Source: an archaeon GW2011_AR10 (GTDB lineage: Archaea > Iainarchaeota > Iainarchaeia > Iainarchaeales > GW2011-AR10). Taken from it: 64,000 bases of DNA. The notes under the pieces were generated by a model, which ran no database searches, was not told the origin of the DNA, and saw only the letters and a list, made by a program, of their open reading frames with translations. The position numbers and the translations under genes are program-made. The DNA lies in NCBI GenBank assembly GCA_000830275.1, contig CP010424.1, forward strand, positions 815,311 through 879,310. Direction: 5' to 3'. Numbering within the stretch: position 1 is the stretch's first letter; each line of letters opens with the position of its first letter. Below are positions 62,601 through 64,000 of the stretch, in pieces.

Positions 62601-64000
62601 AGTGCTCTGCACGTTTCCAGCAGCATCGGTTGAGCTATAGCGCAGGTAGTTAACTCCCCTGTTTGAATCAGAAAAGGTCACTTGGCCCCCATTGTCTATT
62701 ACAGTTGACGGGGTGCAGTTGTTAGCAGTATAAGAGCAGAAGCTTGTTGTAATTGCAGCAGCAGCCGAAACATTGTCCGCTTCTGTGATTGTAACAGAAT
62801 AGTTTGGAGCAGCAATTGCAGTGCTGGAATCATCACTTGTTGTTGGAACAGTCCAGTCAACACCGAAAGAAACTGATTGAGTGGAAGTTGCATTCCCAAG
62901 CGAGTCAGCGCAAGCATAATAGCGCGTGTAAGAAGCAGCCTGAGTCAATGCACCGAAGTCACAGGTTGCTGCCTGAGAGGTTGTCGTACAGTTACTGGCA
63001 AGGGAAGCGTAAGCAACATTTGCAGTATCCCATTTGCAGGTTACCCCTGCTTCCCCATTATTAATAACCAAATCCGTTCCAGAATCATTTGTTGAATCCC
63101 AGTAAGCAGCGGCAGTGTCACCATTCAAGTCAGCAATGCTTATGTCAGGGCCGGAGGTGTCAACAGTGAAACTGAAAGCAGTTCCATAGCTTCCAACATT
63201 GCCAACTGAATCAGTTGCCTTCATTCTCCAGTAAATTGTTGTTCCATTAGAGAAATTGGTGGTATACTCCGTTCCACCATAATCACAGTCAGCGCCAACA
63301 TCCAAACCATTCAAATCTGAGAACTGGCTCAAAAAATTAGAAGCATCATCAACCTGCAAATAACAATTGCTCACAGTTTCACTCGGATTAGCAGTGAAAT
63401 CAGGGTCAACATCATTGGTTGAGGAAGCATCCGCAGGGGTTTGCAAGGTTACAGTTGGAGCAGTTGAATCTGTTGTATAAGAGCCTGTCTTGTAGTTGCC
63501 GGGGGCAGGCTCGTTCAAGGAATTGAAAATGTAAGCATACCAGTTATGCGTGGTGTCATCGCTTTCAGCAGTCCAGCCGCAGCTTGGATTGGAAGCAGAG
63601 CCGGTTGAAGAGCAATAAGTGTCTGGTGCGCCGCCATCACAATCTGTTCCGGAAACACCAGTGCTCTTGCAGATAACAAGTTTGAGTGTTTGGGTTGCGT
63701 CAGCATCTGAAGCAACAGTGGTAATGGTAATGCTTGTTCCGCCCTTAATTGTTGGGTTGGAGTTGCCGATGTCGGCTGTTGCAGAAGTAAAGCCCGGCAA
63801 CTGGTTGATGTTAATGGTTTTGCTGGCAGTGCTTTGAGTGTTGCCGGCAGCATCAACCGAATAATAACGCAAATAATTTAAGCCCCTGTTGCTTGCATCA
63901 AATGAAGCAGTGCCGCCATTGTCAATTGAGGTTGTGGGAGTGCAGCTGTTGTTGGTGTCCTTGCAGTAATAAGAGGTTGTGTCAGTTGAATTTGAAACAT
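56595..64000 (-). CDS. Giant cysteine-repeat surface/adhesin-like protein, 2468 aa or more, N-terminus beyond the window. It has tandem about 400-aa modules, more than nine C-G-[DN]-G-x-C...G-E...C...D-C mini-modules and CARDB-like domains. No C-terminal anchor.
   Basis: The track's start at 63872 is a TTG inside a repeated module (...NYLRYSSTDAAGNVQSTASKTININRLP recurs at about aa 400). The frame stays open to position 64000. Thr/Ser/Asn/Gly-rich. Confidence 0.7.
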   Translation of the reverse strand, partial: VSNSTDTTSYYCKDTNNSCTPTTSIDNGGTASFDASNRGLNYLRYYSVDAAGNTQSTASKTININQLPGFTSATADIGNSNPTIKGGTSITITTVASDADATQTLKLVICKSTGVSGTDCDGGAPDTYCSSTGSASNPSCGWTAESDDTTHNWYAYIFNSLNEPAPGNYKTGSYTTDSTAPTVTLQTPADASSTNDVDPDFTANPSETVSNCYLQVDDASNFLSQFSDLNGLDVGADCDYGGTEYTTNFSNGTTIYWRMKATDSVGNVGSYGTAFSFTVDTSGPDISIADLNGDTAAAYWDSTNDSGTDLVINNGEAGVTCKWDTANVAYASLASNCTTTSQAATCDFGALTQAASYTRYYACADSLGNATSTQSVSFGVDWTVPTTSDDSSTAIAAPNYSVTITEADNVSAAAAITTSFCSYTANNCTPSTVIDNGGQVTFSDSNRGVNYLRYSSTDAAGNVQSTASKTININRLPVLTAADENVSGTIKCPADIKFTSTASDADSQTLKFYACKATDATSSGCSVGNGLCSDTSSSSNPTCQYSKAGDNDSHNWYVFLFDSLNEAAAANYISGSFTCDATAPGSFSIVSIEGDTTAPYADTINDSDANLLFTASDAGSTVSACRWYATDVNYSVGTGTACSFNSGTSQWRCDFTGISTNGQAINRYVSCVDGVGNGNSSANNLDVSFTTSWNAAPSITSIDLNVSSASLNKDIKVTAAGLTDPDNDNLNFYCSDTPPFDSGAQIAGAASFCSRTGISSAGYAGANCVGQGLNTEGTATVKCVAYDGEFYSGVVSDTYINENVAPFTQSDINKFWQKTDANVHFTCSTGTSAFTSVLIYTQAHWTTTPPSGVTINFNSAQLEVINSNVQLKSGIRDANLTITVNAGSSVNWSGYDYYAQKYPFEGKDIFVKYRTSSNGSSWGSWSSETTSFNSPIGTENQYIQFNVRFQDRSTASGSFYTMSLYDFKIHYSPPGGSGCPSGATRFRLDSNPASTISFNPTTYATDGFYTGTAGVDFNVFDVNFLFSKDGNFAIQFYSVSGAGNNEIPKTEYVLQEASIQPVTLSACPSVVDGTNIDLQWTAPSSNAGLHHYEIMVSVDGTNYNTLNEQNNADDNYFNYSYTSYAFDTTSFYSSYGFTGNCGDGWCTQGEFCPEDSFDCPKGYSCSNGCQATSGSVSITCGDSVCSVGENCAADDSACDARYNTSGAYWCVNGCVQKTEGYYAQGGSSSPDSSICGNGICNFGETSTNCAADCSQANIPTSDGFCEWFEAAGIDCVCNSNGTCNYNENPQSCSADCQSFASGSGSGCYVDGWCSGTETVSTCPQDCDGVVGSTCDNDGVCESTEDNTSCKNDCLKCGDNFCGQGEFCSYDNAACRASSTSGNGNYGNNYVCGNPETSQTGCRQVTSVTIVCGDSICSPGENCPDTLENQFCKQKFGSSFVCINGCVDAPSSDYLTGSSKFGADSGSTDGVYFYKVRTYDALGNYADSTAIQCFVDTQSPFKVPTDGRGINQQISSAWGDFNFTFPSGLFGADNNITIDANTNYRPFTRGTMLEAYDIELPSSTSFGATKPSLTLDINVAALNCYNALGSAPLYGCTASDINKVSMYFYDTNAGEWVKYPSTVNLTTLKVTADLNHLSQWGLGQDTNAPSLSSIAITDTSGYTNDSTPTLTISAGSDASHMAFSCNNSTFGSWIAFVSTYSSFDITTGAGCSTGDGTKTVYVKVKDSEGNESSTVNDSTVYDSTAPTVTISSPTSGSDTTSSSITVQYTGSDGTGSGVKTYWLRLDSGATINNSTNTSYVFSGYSNGNHTIYVWATDNLDYNGSEASVTFRKTGGGGGPVCGNGSCEAGENKNNCPSDCAPAGPVCGNASCETGEDCSTCSADCGVCPPADVCGDGQCTGSETTSTCPADCSLPIQTCAEQNGFICSAFETCSGTLLSATDSDACCSIPCESVPDLTISASASSVINDGSTGLVVVTVYNNAGETDASFTVKLKEKGTGPDKYSESKTVNGLGAGDAVSLVFNIAFNSSNPQMSGWLYQTKEFVLTADDSGAVAESNESNNETQVSIYFAGPEICNNNADDDGDGLVDEGCNLPNLYIKSIEIGSPTYVGTDLISVEFTVIVKSDYAKSEDFYVEFFKDALSGNGVAVTFIDAVSKDGELTLQFVWEAPIGTVFRLAEKEEGIAAYFQEATNFYVFVDSEGDISEVNEADNVEEIFIELLLSDLTLENVDIPSSVFSGENIMVSGMVKNPGDNASTPFTLSLYFNNELVDSGQFEALAIDSNAAFIFSVDSAAFEGENEVRVVVDPLDEVPESNESNNEILSITYVVDPALFYSYDEFLQNEPLWVSIWNSTASGQNNTYKYSVAGANLSVLQLISLSEFREDEVLLTSKLSSNLSSLSTNNLRIDRNNSLYSVHEFDVIERGLVPAYGQVNDVGVKWWTEPSFIRRMHYERINSLSLIWWTIWTENQ

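Noticed and set aside
63870-63872. Start codon of the giant ORF as listed by the ORF track (M at 63872).
   Set aside because: The codon is TTG, not ATG, and lies inside a repeated protein module. The reading frame stays open without a stop to the end of the window, so the gene is 5'-truncated by the window rather than starting here.
1-64000. Scanned by eye for CRISPR arrays, tRNA and rRNA genes, and integrase or transposase genes.
   Set aside because: No array of regularly spaced direct repeats. No tRNA-like cloverleaf candidates in any intergenic region over 50 nt. No recombinase-like ORF. Their absence comes from a by-eye scan, not a tRNAscan or Infernal run.

Overview
The window reads as a compact archaeal chromosome segment of about 40% GC. 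Archaeal markers are the DNA polymerase D small and large subunits, Orc1/Cdc6, the KEOPS components Kae1 and Bud32, aCPSF1, ribosomal proteins S3Ae and S15P, the proteasome beta subunit, NAC, Taw1, CDP-archaeol synthase and a Hel308-like helicase. The low GC, tight gene packing, Shine-Dalgarno-like GGAGG sites, many translationally coupled ATGA/GTGA overlaps and several bacterial-type genes (a grpE-dnaK-dnaJ operon, a type I GAPDH, YrdC-length TsaC) suggest a small-genome, DPANN-like archaeon; this is inference. The ORF track calls TTG and GTG starts as M, so several 5' ends were moved to internal ATGs. About 55 protein genes were called. No tRNA, rRNA or CRISPR array was found by eye. There is a housekeeping backbone: t6A synthesis, an Hsp70 system, ValRS, ribosomal proteins, a SecDF/SppA/CarS membrane cluster, the PolD-Cdc6 replication cluster, and a pgk-pgi-gap glycolytic cluster. 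Accessory features are interspersed: three type II toxin-antitoxin modules, small ORFs with strong ribosome-binding sites, and giant adhesin-like surface proteins, including a cysteine-repeat protein longer than 2460 aa that runs off the window end. The main non-coding findings are: two families of conserved structured intergenic elements; a near-identical 38-nt promoter module shared by glycolytic genes; an apparent roughly 0.6-kb RelE-family TA cassette inserted at the 3' end of coaBC, flanked by 29-nt direct repeats that both encode the coaBC C-terminus; an exosortase/archaeosortase-like gene coupled to CarS next to two surface proteins with similar C-terminal LG(I/V)(I/V)A-TM-basic tails; and two repeat-dense intergenic regions. 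All internal start-codon coordinates were derived from the ORF-track frames.
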